Assembly (NCBI GenBank): GCA_036502695.1
Contig: DASXYE010000090.1
Span: 353-64,352 of the forward strand
DNA: 64,000 nt
Source of the DNA: Jatrophihabitantaceae bacterium
GTDB lineage: Bacteria > Actinomycetota > Actinomycetes > Mycobacteriales > Jatrophihabitantaceae
Reading direction: 5' to 3'
Positions 37,411-45,898 of the stretch are shown piece by piece (position 1 is the first letter of the stretch; each line of letters starts with the position of its first letter). Made by a program: the position numbers and the translations under genes. Under the pieces are notes generated by a model, which searched no databases, had not been told where the DNA came from, and saw nothing but the letters and a program-made list of their open reading frames with translations.

Positions 37411-37540
37411 TCAGTGCCCGCCGTGCAGCGCGAGCCGGAAGGTGCCAGCGCCGACGCCGGTGAGCGTCTGGGTGAAGTGCCCCAGGTAGTCGTCGAGGAA
37501 CGGCGAGCGGTCACCCTGGGTCGGCGCGTCGAACCGCTCA
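37411..37540 (-). pseudogene. orphan 3' gene fragment (about 43 codons, no start)
   Basis: The minus frame reads ...ERFDAPTQGDRSPFLDDYLGHFTQTLTGVGAGTFRLALHGGH* with very high GC3. Upstream the frame runs into the MarR gene 3' end and loses sense. There is no start codon. Confidence 0.35.
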
Positions 37541-37981
37541 GTCGCCGTGATCGATCGGCGGTTCCAGCAACCTGCTCGCCGAGTGGTGGAGCTTCGCCAG
37601 CGCGTTCAGCAGATGCTTGCGCTCAGTCGCGGTGAGATCTTCGGTGATCTTGTCCTCGATCAGGCGCCGTTCGGTCTCGATCGGTTCGCGTAGTGCGCGT
37701 CCGGCATCGGTGAGCCAGAGCCGGACCAAGCGGTTGTCCCGGTCGTCGCGGCGCCTGACGAGCAGGCCGCGCTCGGCCAGTCGGGTAGCCACCTTGGTAA
37801 CGGCCGGAGTGGTGACGTTGGCCACCGCGGCGATCTCGCCCGGCGTTCGGCCGTCCTGGTCCCACAGCGCAGCGAGTAGGTGATCCTGCCCGACGCGCAA
37901 TCCGTGCCGCTGCATGGCTTCGTCGGCCACAGCGCGAATCGCTTTCGCCGCCTTGCTGTGCAGGTCGAGGAACTCGGGCAC
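37538..37981 (-). CDS. MarR family transcriptional regulator
   Basis: wHTH GEIAAVANVTTPAVTKVATRLAERGLLVRRRDDRDNRLVRLWLTDAG. GTG after GGGAGG. Confidence 0.9.
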   Translation of the reverse strand: MPEFLDLHSKAAKAIRAVADEAMQRHGLRVGQDHLLAALWDQDGRTPGEIAAVANVTTPAVTKVATRLAERGLLVRRRDDRDNRLVRLWLTDAGRALREPIETERRLIEDKITEDLTATERKHLLNALAKLHHSASRLLEPPIDHGD

Positions 37982-38025
37982 CGACTACCTCCCATGCTGG
38001 CGCCGAATCTGGTTGCCCCGAGGTC

Positions 38026-38064
38026 GTTTACCGGTTAACGTTCTAATGTCATTAACCGGTAAAC
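38026..38064. promoter_or_regulatory. candidate MarR operator (13-13-13 inverted repeat)
   Basis: GTTTACCGGTTAA, 13 nt, TTAACCGGTAAAC: perfect arms in the 99-bp divergent spacer, ending 17 nt before the NmrA-like ATG. Confidence 0.55.
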
Positions 38065-38080
38065 GAGCTTCGGAGTTGTC

Positions 38081-38929
38081 ATGTTACTGATCACCGGCGC
38101 GACCGGGAATGTCGGTCGCGAACTCGCCCGCGAGCTGGACACGGCGGGCGCCGCATTCCGAGTCCTGGTGCGTGACCCTGACCGGGCCAGGACGCTGCCC
38201 GAACGGGCCGAACGGGTCGTCGGCGACTTGGACGAGCCGGCGACGCTGCCGCCTGCCTTCGAGGGCGTGACCAGGCTGTTTCTTCTCGTGCCCGGCATCG
38301 GCCTCGACCACACCGCGCGCGCGCTCGCGGCGGCCGAGGCCGCCGGAGTCCGCCGCATCGTTCTGCTGTCCTCGTTCAACGTGCTCGGCGACCCGGTCCC
38401 CGCGATGGGACGCTGGCACCACGAGCGCGAGGAGATGATCCGTGCCTCGGGCCTGCCGTTCGTCTTCCTGCGACCCGGCGGCTACATGACCAACGCGTTC
38501 GACTGGCTGCCCACCATCCGCCAGGGCGGATTCGTCCTCGACCCCACCGGGCCGGGCCGCCACGCACCCATCGATCCGGCCGACATCGCCGCTGTCGCCG
38601 CCCGCGCCTTGACAGAGAACGGCCATGACGGCAAGGAGTACGTCCTCACCGGCAGCGAAGTGTTCACGGTCGCCGAACAGGTCGCCATCCTCGCCACAGC
38701 GATCGGCCGCGAGCTCGAAGTCCGCCAGATCGCCACACCCGCCGAAGCCGTCCGCTTCCGCTACCCCAACGGCGCGCCCCCCGCACTCGCCGACGCCATC
38801 GTCGAAGCGCTCACCCACGCGCGCGCCGATACCGCCGGCTTCCGCACCGACACGGTCGAGCCGCTACTCGGGCGCAAACCCCGGACGTTCGCTGACTGGT
38901 GCATGCGCAATGCCGACGCGTTCCGGTAG
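38081..38929 (+). CDS. NAD(P)H-binding NmrA/atypical-SDR family protein
   Basis: MLLITGATGNVGREL Rossmann motif, 282 aa. Confidence 0.88.
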   Translation: MLLITGATGNVGRELARELDTAGAAFRVLVRDPDRARTLPERAERVVGDLDEPATLPPAFEGVTRLFLLVPGIGLDHTARALAAAEAAGVRRIVLLSSFNVLGDPVPAMGRWHHEREEMIRASGLPFVFLRPGGYMTNAFDWLPTIRQGGFVLDPTGPGRHAPIDPADIAAVAARALTENGHDGKEYVLTGSEVFTVAEQVAILATAIGRELEVRQIATPAEAVRFRYPNGAPPALADAIVEALTHARADTAGFRTDTVEPLLGRKPRTFADWCMRNADAFR

Positions 38930-38953
38930 CCGGGTGCCCGGCGTTCGGCCGAG

Positions 38954-39847
38954 TCAGCGGCGCAGGGCGGTCTCGCGCTGCATGTGCGACAGCTTCGCCG
39001 GATTGCGCACCGCGTAGAGCCCGGTGATCAGCCCGTCGTCGATGCGCACCGCCAGGACGGTGTCGATCTCGCCGTCCAGCCGCAGAACCAGGGCCGGATA
39101 GCCGTTGACCTGGGCCGGCTCCAGTCCCGCGTCCAGCTGGCCCAGCCGGCTCAGCCCGGCGGCCAGCAGGCGGGCCACCTTGTCGGCGCCCATGACGGGG
39201 GCCAGCACGGCCTGCTTCACGCCGCCGCCGTCACCGAGGAAGACGACGTCGGGCGCGAGGAGATCCAGCAGCCGTTGCAGGTCGCCCGTTTCGGTGGCGC
39301 GTTGGAACGCCGCGAGCGCGTCTCGGGTCTCGGCCGCGGAGACGACCTCGCGCGGTCGGCGCGCCGCGACGTGCGCCCGGGCGCGGTGCGCGATCTGGCG
39401 GACCGCCGCCGGGCTCTTCTCGACGGCCTCGGCGATCTCGTCGTACCCGACGTCGAACACCTCGCGCAGCACGAAGACGGCTCGCTCGGTCGGGCTGAGG
39501 GTCTCCAGCACCAGCAGCATCGCCATCGAGACGCTGTCGGCCAACTCGACGTCGTCGGCTACATCCGGCGCGGTGAGCAGCGGCTCGGGCAGCCACGACC
39601 CCACGTAGGACTCCTTGCGGCGGCCGAGCGTCCGCAGCCGGGTCAGCGCCTGCCGGGTCGTGATCCGGACCAGGTAGGCCCGCTGATCGTGCACGGTGTC
39701 GAGGTCGACGCCGGCCCACCGCACCCAGGTCTCCTGCAGCACGTCCTCCGCGTCGGCCGCCGAGCCGAGTAGTTCGTAGGCGACGGTGAACAGCAGGTTG
39801 CGATGGGCCAGGAACGCCTCGGTGGCGGGATCCGGGCGTTCAGCCAT
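38954..39847 (-). CDS. sigJ: ECF sigma factor, group ECF41 (SigJ-like) with a fused SnoaL-like C-terminal domain
   Basis: Region 2 (LLFTVAYELLGSAADAEDVLQETWVRW) and region 4 (LSPTERAVFVLREVFDVGYDEIAEAVEKSPAAVRQIAHRAR), then a roughly 110 aa extension with no adjacent anti-sigma gene. ATG at 39847 after GAAGGAG. Confidence 0.88.
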   Translation of the reverse strand: MAERPDPATEAFLAHRNLLFTVAYELLGSAADAEDVLQETWVRWAGVDLDTVHDQRAYLVRITTRQALTRLRTLGRRKESYVGSWLPEPLLTAPDVADDVELADSVSMAMLLVLETLSPTERAVFVLREVFDVGYDEIAEAVEKSPAAVRQIAHRARAHVAARRPREVVSAAETRDALAAFQRATETGDLQRLLDLLAPDVVFLGDGGGVKQAVLAPVMGADKVARLLAAGLSRLGQLDAGLEPAQVNGYPALVLRLDGEIDTVLAVRIDDGLITGLYAVRNPAKLSHMQRETALRR

Positions 39848-39898
39848 GGCGGGCTCCTTCTGGCTCTCGACGGCTGCTTCTCGGCGGCTCATCCATCA

Positions 39899-39925
39899 GA
39901 CGCCGCGACCCGCCCTGTTGTGACA
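39899..39925 (-). promoter_or_regulatory. ECF41-type promoter driving the sigma factor gene
   Basis: The minus strand reads TGTCACA, 16 nt, CGTC. The -10 element is about 50 nt upstream of the ATG at 39847. Confidence 0.65.
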
Positions 39926-39961
39926 GCCGGATCGGCATGGCGCGCGTCACGTACCCGCGAC

Positions 39962-39988
39962 CGTCACAACGACCGGGTGGCCGGCGTC
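39962..39988 (+). promoter_or_regulatory. ECF41-type promoter driving the CMD-family gene
   Basis: The plus strand reads CGTCACA, 16 nt, CGTC. The -10 element is about 40 nt upstream of the ATG at 40029. Confidence 0.65.
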
Positions 39989-40028
39989 TCGTGTTGGTCA
40001 CGACAACTCCACGAGTGAGGACGAGATC

Positions 40029-40514
40029 ATGGAACCCCGATTCGACATGTTCGCCAACGAGGTCGGTGCCAAGTTCGCGAAGCGGTTCGCCAACACCAGC
40101 CAGGTCGTCGGCCAGTCGCCACTGCCGAAGTCCACCCAGGAGCTGGTGTCGTTGCGGGCCAGCCAGATCAACGGCTGCGGCTTTTGCATCGACATGCACA
40201 CGAAGGACGCGGCGGCCGCCGGCGAGACCGCCGTCCGGCTCAACCTGGTCGCGGCCTGGCGCGAGTCCACCGTGTTCACCGAGGCGGAGCAGGCGGCGCT
40301 GGCCTTCGCCGAGGAGGGCACCCGGCTCGAGGACGCCCACCTCGGCGTGTCCGACGAGACGTGGGACCAGGTGCGCAAGCACTACGACGACGACCAGCTC
40401 GCCGCGCTGGTCTGCCTGGTCGCGCTGATCAACGCGGCCAACCGGATGGGCGTGCTCGTGCATCAGAAGGGCGGCTCCTACCAGGCCGGCATGTTCGCGG
40501 ACCTGCTCAGCTGA
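40029..40514 (+). CDS. carboxymuconolactone decarboxylase (AhpD-like) family protein
   Basis: 161 aa with the CxxC motif (INGCGFCIDMH) typical of AhpD/CMD proteins. Confidence 0.88.
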   Translation: MEPRFDMFANEVGAKFAKRFANTSQVVGQSPLPKSTQELVSLRASQINGCGFCIDMHTKDAAAAGETAVRLNLVAAWRESTVFTEAEQAALAFAEEGTRLEDAHLGVSDETWDQVRKHYDDDQLAALVCLVALINAANRMGVLVHQKGGSYQAGMFADLLS

Positions 40515-41472
40515 TCGGCGCGGCGCGCTTCACGGTCCTGATCAGTGGCGCGGTCTCGACGGCGTGCACCCCGGGCAGCGCGGCGAACCGGTGCGTGAAG
40601 TACTGGTAGAGATGCCGTTCGTCGACGCAGACGACCGTGGCCACCAGGTTGGTCGGGCCGGTCGTGGCGGCGACGAACGGGATCTCGGGGTGCGCGGCCA
40701 TGGCCTGCCCGGTCGCCTCCAGGTGGTCCGGCTCGACCGACGCCCACATCATGGCGCCGCCGGCGAGGCCCAGGGCCCGACTGTCGAGATCGATGTCGAA
40801 ATACAGCGCACCTGTACGCCACAGCTGGTCAATACGCCGGCGTACGTTGGACTCATGCCGATTGGTGGCGGCGGCCAGGCTCGCGTTGCTGGCTCGGCCG
40901 TCCCGGGCGAGGTGGGCCAGCAATGCCTCGTCAGCGGCGGTGAGCCGCACCGTCGCTCCGTCGTCGGAGAGCGACGGCAGCGGGCCGAGTCGCTCCAGTT
41001 CCGCGGCGGACAACGCCTTGGTCAGCACGTTCCAGGCCGGCGCGGTGAAGATGTGCAGCAGGGAGTGGGCGTAGATCGTCGCGACGCGGCGGCTGCCCGG
41101 CAGGTTCGTGAGCAGGAGCGCGTCGCGCTGCTCGGGACTGCGGGTCTGCAGGGCGCACACGACCTCGGTGCCGCCCGAGGCGAGATGGACCCAGCTCGTG
41201 TCCGGCCGGGCCGCGAGCGCATTCGCCACGGCCGGCGCCGACCCGGGAACGCACTGCAACCGCAGGAACCAGTCCGACCAGCCCACCCGGGAGGCGTTGG
41301 CCCGCCCGAGTACCCGTAGCCCGGCGACGTCTCGCATGCGCTGATAGCGGCGCATCACCGTCTGATCGGACACGGCCACGGCCACGGCCAGGCTGCGGAA
41401 AGACGCCCGCGGCTGAGCCGTGAGCGCGTGGACGATCCGGCGGTCGATCTCGTCCAGCAGGTAGCTTTCCAC
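40507..41472 (-). CDS. tandem (duplicated) Lrp/AsnC family transcriptional regulator
   Basis: Two HTH_AsnC units (LDEIDRRIVHALTAQPRASFRSLAVAVAVSDQTVMRRYQRM and LTAADEALLAHLARDGRASNASLAAATNRHESNVRRRIDQL), each followed by a RAM-like domain. GTG at 41472. Confidence 0.85.
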   Translation of the reverse strand: MESYLLDEIDRRIVHALTAQPRASFRSLAVAVAVSDQTVMRRYQRMRDVAGLRVLGRANASRVGWSDWFLRLQCVPGSAPAVANALAARPDTSWVHLASGGTEVVCALQTRSPEQRDALLLTNLPGSRRVATIYAHSLLHIFTAPAWNVLTKALSAAELERLGPLPSLSDDGATVRLTAADEALLAHLARDGRASNASLAAATNRHESNVRRRIDQLWRTGALYFDIDLDSRALGLAGGAMMWASVEPDHLEATGQAMAAHPEIPFVAATTGPTNLVATVVCVDERHLYQYFTHRFAALPGVHAVETAPLIRTVKRAAPIS

Positions 41473-41544
41473 GTTTCGGATCCTAGTTCTGTCGAGATCC
41501 GGCGGGCTCGTCCGAAATCGTGGAGCGATAGACGCGACCCGACC

Positions 41545-43116
41545 ATGATGGCCGGCATGGACAAGAAGTGGTGGACCCTGCTGGCCGTCTGCGCCGGTAC
41601 GTTCATGCTGCTGCTGGATGTCACGATCGTGGTGGTCGCCCTGCCCGACATCCAGCGCGCGCTGGGCGCCAGCTTCGGCGAGGTGCAATGGGTCATCGAC
41701 GCCTACGCGCTGACCCTGGCCGCGCTGCTGCTGACCGCCGGGGTGCTGGCCGATCGGTACGGCCGACGGCTGCTGTTCGGCATCGGCCTGGTGATCTTCA
41801 CCCTGGGCTCGTTGCTGTGCGGGCTGGCCCAGTCGCCGATGATGCTGATCTTGTCCCGCAGCGGGCAGGGCATCGGCGGCGCGATCATGTTCGCGACCTC
41901 GCTGGCGCTGCTGGCCCACAGCTTCCGCGGCAAGGATCGGGGCATCGCGTTCGGCGTGTGGGGGGCGATCACCGGCGTGGCCACGGCCCTCGGACCGATC
42001 CTCGGCGGCGCGCTGACCAGCGGCATCAGCTGGCGGTGGATCTTCCTGGTCAACCTGCCGGTGGGCATCGCCGCGCTGGCCGTGACGATCTGGCGGCTCG
42101 AGGAATCCCGGTCGCCCCGGCCCGAACCGCCCGACTGGCTCGGGTTCGCGCTGCTCACGAGTGGCCTGGCCGGGCTGGTGTACGGGCTGATCCGGGCCAG
42201 CGAGACGAGCTGGGGCGACGGCGGGGTGGCCATCTCGCTCGCTCTCGGCGGCGTGCTGCTCGTCTCGTTCCTCGTCGCCGAGCGGCTGGTCGCCCATCCC
42301 ATGTTCGACCTGTCGCTGTTCCGTACGCCGACGTTCGTCGGGGGCTCGATCGCGGCGTTCACCATGAACGGCTCGCTGTTCGCCATGTTCATCTACCTCG
42401 TGCTGTACCTGCAGAACCTGCTCGGCTTCTCGGCGATGCAGACCGGCGTGCGCCTGCTCATCGTCACCGCCGGCACGTTCGTCGCCGCCGCCGTCGCCGG
42501 GCGGCTGAGCGAGCGGGTCTCGGTGCGCTGGCTCATCGGGCCGGGGTTGGCGCTCGTCGGCATCGGGCTGTTCTTGATGGCCGGGCTCAGCCGGGACAGC
42601 TCGTGGACGCACCTCATCCCGGGCTTCATCGTCGCCGGCATCGGATCCGGGCTGGTCAACCCGCCGCTGGCCTCCACGGCCGTCGGCGTGGTGGCCCCGC
42701 AGCGGGCCGGCATGGCCTCGGGCGTCAACTCGACGTTCCGCCAGGTCGGCCTGGCCACCAGCGTCGCCGCGCTCGGCTCGATCTTCGCCTCGACGTTGCA
42801 GCACCATATCCGGCACGCCCTGGCGCCGATCCCGGCGCTGGCCGACCGGGCCCCGGACATCGCCAGCCAGGTACGGCAGGGCAACGTCGAAGGCCTGCTC
42901 GCCAGCACACCTGCGGGCCAGCGCGGTCAGCTGATCGACGCCATCCGGTCCAGCTTCGTCAGCGGTATCAACAACCTGCTCATCGTGGTCGGCATCGTCG
43001 CCCTGGTCGGTGCCGTCGCCAGCCTCATCCTCATCCGCCGCAAGGACTTCGTCGCTCGCCAGGCCGAGTCGGCGGCGCCGGGTCCCAACGGGGAACTGAG
43101 CGAAGCCGCCGTCTGA
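41545..43116 (+). CDS. MFS transporter, DHA2 (EmrB/QacA, 14-TMS) family
   Basis: KKWWTLLAVCAGTFMLLLDVTIVVVALPDIQ and LADRYGRRLLF motifs. The start could be ATG 41545, 41548 or 41557. Confidence 0.9.
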   Translation: MMAGMDKKWWTLLAVCAGTFMLLLDVTIVVVALPDIQRALGASFGEVQWVIDAYALTLAALLLTAGVLADRYGRRLLFGIGLVIFTLGSLLCGLAQSPMMLILSRSGQGIGGAIMFATSLALLAHSFRGKDRGIAFGVWGAITGVATALGPILGGALTSGISWRWIFLVNLPVGIAALAVTIWRLEESRSPRPEPPDWLGFALLTSGLAGLVYGLIRASETSWGDGGVAISLALGGVLLVSFLVAERLVAHPMFDLSLFRTPTFVGGSIAAFTMNGSLFAMFIYLVLYLQNLLGFSAMQTGVRLLIVTAGTFVAAAVAGRLSERVSVRWLIGPGLALVGIGLFLMAGLSRDSSWTHLIPGFIVAGIGSGLVNPPLASTAVGVVAPQRAGMASGVNSTFRQVGLATSVAALGSIFASTLQHHIRHALAPIPALADRAPDIASQVRQGNVEGLLASTPAGQRGQLIDAIRSSFVSGINNLLIVVGIVALVGAVASLILIRRKDFVARQAESAAPGPNGELSEAAV

Positions 43117-43128
43117 CCAGCCGGATCG

Positions 43129-45786
43129 TCAGCCGGTGACCAGGACGGTAAAGGCCGCCTCGGCCGAGCCGTTCGGTCCGACTACCCGCAGCTGGGCTGT
43201 ATAGATGCCCCGGTGGCGGTAGGCGTGCTGGCCGCTCACCCGGTAGGCGCCGTTGACGTGGGTGTTGTCGGCCGGCCGGGCCAGGGTGAGCCGGCCCGGG
43301 GTCGGCGCGGTGCCGTCACCCCAGTCGATCGTGGCGGTCAGCGTGCTGGGTTGGGCACCCGGCGCGAGCACCGTACCGACGTCCAGGGTCTGGCCGGCGT
43401 GCCATACGAGCTGGTCGGTGCCGGCCGCGTCGACGGTCCACGGCACGCGCGGGCTGGCGTGGAAGTTGGTGGCCTGCAGCGTCCACCGATCACCGAGCTG
43501 GGCCAGCCGGGCCGAGAACTGCGCGTAGTCCTGGTTGGCCTCGGGCGACCAGGCCACCTCGGCGGTGGCGGCGGCCCGCGGCCAGGTCTGGTACTCGGCC
43601 TCGGCGTCGCTGCGCAGGGTCTCTGTCCACAGTGGATCCTCGACGCCGTTGATCGCGCCGGTCGGCACGTCGGGCACGGTCGCGGCCGGCTCCCAGTTGT
43701 AGAACTGGTCGACGTCGTAGGCCGAATACGGGTAGTCGAGGTAGGTGTACGGGTAGTACGAGACGACGACGCCGGTGCCCTTGGTCTTCGCGTCGGTAGC
43801 CGTCGCCGCGTCCGACCCGTTGTAGAACTGGACGAGATCGTGCGAGCCGAGGCTGGCCGTCTCGTTGGCGTAGGACAGGTTCCACCCGGTGGTGCTCTTG
43901 CCCAGGGCGTGCACCATCGCGATGACCCGGGTCGTGAAGTAGTCGAAGTCCGGTCCGGACGTCGAGTACGACTCGTCGCCGCCGACGCCGAGATAGGGCC
44001 CGGGTGTCATCGCTGCGAGCTGTTCGAACACGTGCTGCAGGAACGTGTAGGTGACCACGGCGTGGGTGTCGAGCGACGACTGGCCGACCCGCTGCGACGT
44101 GTCGGCCGGGATGGTGTCCTGACCGGGCGGCGGCTGCGGTACCGAGTGCGCGGTGTTCAGCTGCGGGATGGCGTGCAGCAGCGAGCTCGAGTGGCCGGGC
44201 AGGTCGATCTCGGGGATCACGCTGATGTAGCGCGCGGCCGCGTAGGCGATGACCTGCCGGTACTGGGCCTGGGTCAGGAACCCGGTCTGGCCCGGCAGAT
44301 TGTCGGTGCCGCCCTCGTCGATCGCGGTCGCGCCGCTGACCCGGGTCAGCCGGTCGTAGTCGATCGTGTCGCCGGGCGCCCGGCCGGAGTTGGTGATCTG
44401 GATGCGCCAGCCCTGGTCGTCGGACAGGTGCAGGTGCAAGACGTTCAGCTTGAGGTAGGACATCTGGTCGAGGTAGCGCTCGATCTCGCCGACCGAGAGG
44501 AAGTTGCGGGCCAGGTCGAGCATGACGCCGCGGTAGCCGAAGCGCGGGCCGTCGGCGAGGTGGACGCGCGGCACGGTCCACGCGGTGTGCGTCGGCCGGT
44601 TCGACTCGACGAACGCCGGGAACAGCTGCCGCAGCGACTGCACGCCGTAGAAGGCGCCGGCTGCAGTGGGGGCTTCGATGCGGACGCCGCTCGCGGTGAC
44701 GTCCAGGGTGTACGCCTCTTGGTTGCCGGCGAAGCCGCTGACTGCCGCGTGCCGGTCGACCAGGATCTCGATGTCGTCGTGCACCCGGCCGCCGGTGAGC
44801 GGGATCGGGTAGCCGGTGGCCCGGCGCAGCTGCTGGGCAAGGGCTTTGCCCACCGGGGTGGCATCGCCGCGCGCGACGATGCGCGTCCACGGGGTGAGCA
44901 CGAACGGGGCCGCGTTCGCGGGCTGGCTCATCGACGCGGGCGTGGGCGTGATGTCGTTGGGCACCGAGACGGGCGGGGGTGGCGGCGTGGTGAACGTCAG
45001 CTCGGCACCGTAACCCGGGGCGGCGCCGGTGCGGGCGGCCAGCCGGTACAGGTACGTCGTGCCCGGCGTCAGCCCGGTCAGCGTCGTGGTCGCGTCGACC
45101 GGGTCGGCGCCGACGGCGACGGGGGCCGTCGGACTGGTGCCGGTCCCCCACGGCCCGCTGCCGGTGGGGCCGAACTGGAACTGGTAGCTGGTGTCCGCCG
45201 CGGCCGGGACGACCTGACCGTGCAGGGTCGCCGACGTCGGCGTCAGGTCGGTGACCGCGCCGGTCGTGACCTGCGGGGTGGGCGCCGGGCCGTCCCACAC
45301 CTCGAACTCGTTGATCGAGTATCCGTAGCTGCCGCTGCGCTTGATGCCCTGCATCCGTACGTACCGGTATGGCTGGCCTAGCGCGGACAGGTCGGCGGTG
45401 TCCCAGTCGCGGCAGGTCGGCGTACGTACCCCGGTGGCGTCGGTCCAGGTCGCGCCGTCGTCGGACACCTGCAGCTTGTACTGGGCCGGGCAGGACGTGG
45501 ACCACTGGATCGCCACGTGGTCGATGGTCGCGGGCTGGGCGAGCTCGACCTGGAACCAGCCGTTGTCCGCGGCCTCGCCCGACCACCGCGACGAGTCGTT
45601 GTCGAAGACGCCGTCGATCGCCAGCTCCGGTCCGAGCGCCGTGGGCACCTCGCGGCCGGACGACGAGGCCACGCCGGCGAGCGCAACGTCCGTGCCGTAC
45701 GAAGGTGGAACGGCCGACGCCGCCTCGACGGCGGCCGGGCTCAGCAGGACGACCAGCGCGGTCAGCGCGAGGACTCGTCGATTCAC
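43129..45786 (-). CDS. secreted beta-N-acetylhexosaminidase (GH20) with N-terminal discoidin and FN3-like domains and a C-terminal PKD-like domain
   Basis: Signal peptide, then F5/8 type C (AIDGVFDNDSSRWSG...INEFEVW). GH20 catalytic core (RGVMLDLARNF, LHLHLSDDQGWR, GGDE). C-terminal IDWGDGT..G.Y...L.V PKD signature. Confidence 0.92.
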   Translation of the reverse strand: MNRRVLALTALVVLLSPAAVEAASAVPPSYGTDVALAGVASSSGREVPTALGPELAIDGVFDNDSSRWSGEAADNGWFQVELAQPATIDHVAIQWSTSCPAQYKLQVSDDGATWTDATGVRTPTCRDWDTADLSALGQPYRYVRMQGIKRSGSYGYSINEFEVWDGPAPTPQVTTGAVTDLTPTSATLHGQVVPAAADTSYQFQFGPTGSGPWGTGTSPTAPVAVGADPVDATTTLTGLTPGTTYLYRLAARTGAAPGYGAELTFTTPPPPPVSVPNDITPTPASMSQPANAAPFVLTPWTRIVARGDATPVGKALAQQLRRATGYPIPLTGGRVHDDIEILVDRHAAVSGFAGNQEAYTLDVTASGVRIEAPTAAGAFYGVQSLRQLFPAFVESNRPTHTAWTVPRVHLADGPRFGYRGVMLDLARNFLSVGEIERYLDQMSYLKLNVLHLHLSDDQGWRIQITNSGRAPGDTIDYDRLTRVSGATAIDEGGTDNLPGQTGFLTQAQYRQVIAYAAARYISVIPEIDLPGHSSSLLHAIPQLNTAHSVPQPPPGQDTIPADTSQRVGQSSLDTHAVVTYTFLQHVFEQLAAMTPGPYLGVGGDESYSTSGPDFDYFTTRVIAMVHALGKSTTGWNLSYANETASLGSHDLVQFYNGSDAATATDAKTKGTGVVVSYYPYTYLDYPYSAYDVDQFYNWEPAATVPDVPTGAINGVEDPLWTETLRSDAEAEYQTWPRAAATAEVAWSPEANQDYAQFSARLAQLGDRWTLQATNFHASPRVPWTVDAAGTDQLVWHAGQTLDVGTVLAPGAQPSTLTATIDWGDGTAPTPGRLTLARPADNTHVNGAYRVSGQHAYRHRGIYTAQLRVVGPNGSAEAAFTVLVTG

Positions 45787-45797
45787 GGCACTCCCCG

Positions 45798-45826
45798 ATT
45801 TGTCTAGACCAGTGGTACAGACCTTT
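45798..45826. promoter_or_regulatory. candidate DasR-type (GntR/HutC) operator sites
   Basis: ATTTGTCTAGACCAGT and the overlapping AGTGGTACAGACCTTT each match 11-12 of 16 positions of the Streptomyces dre consensus ACTGGTCTAGACCACT. A third weaker copy (TGGTGTCTAGG) lies at 45879-45889. Confidence 0.45.
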
Positions 45827-45898
45827 ACAGTTCGACCGATTGCCGGTCAAGGGGACGAGCGCGACCCGAGTAGACCTCTGGTGTCTAGGGTCGGAGGT

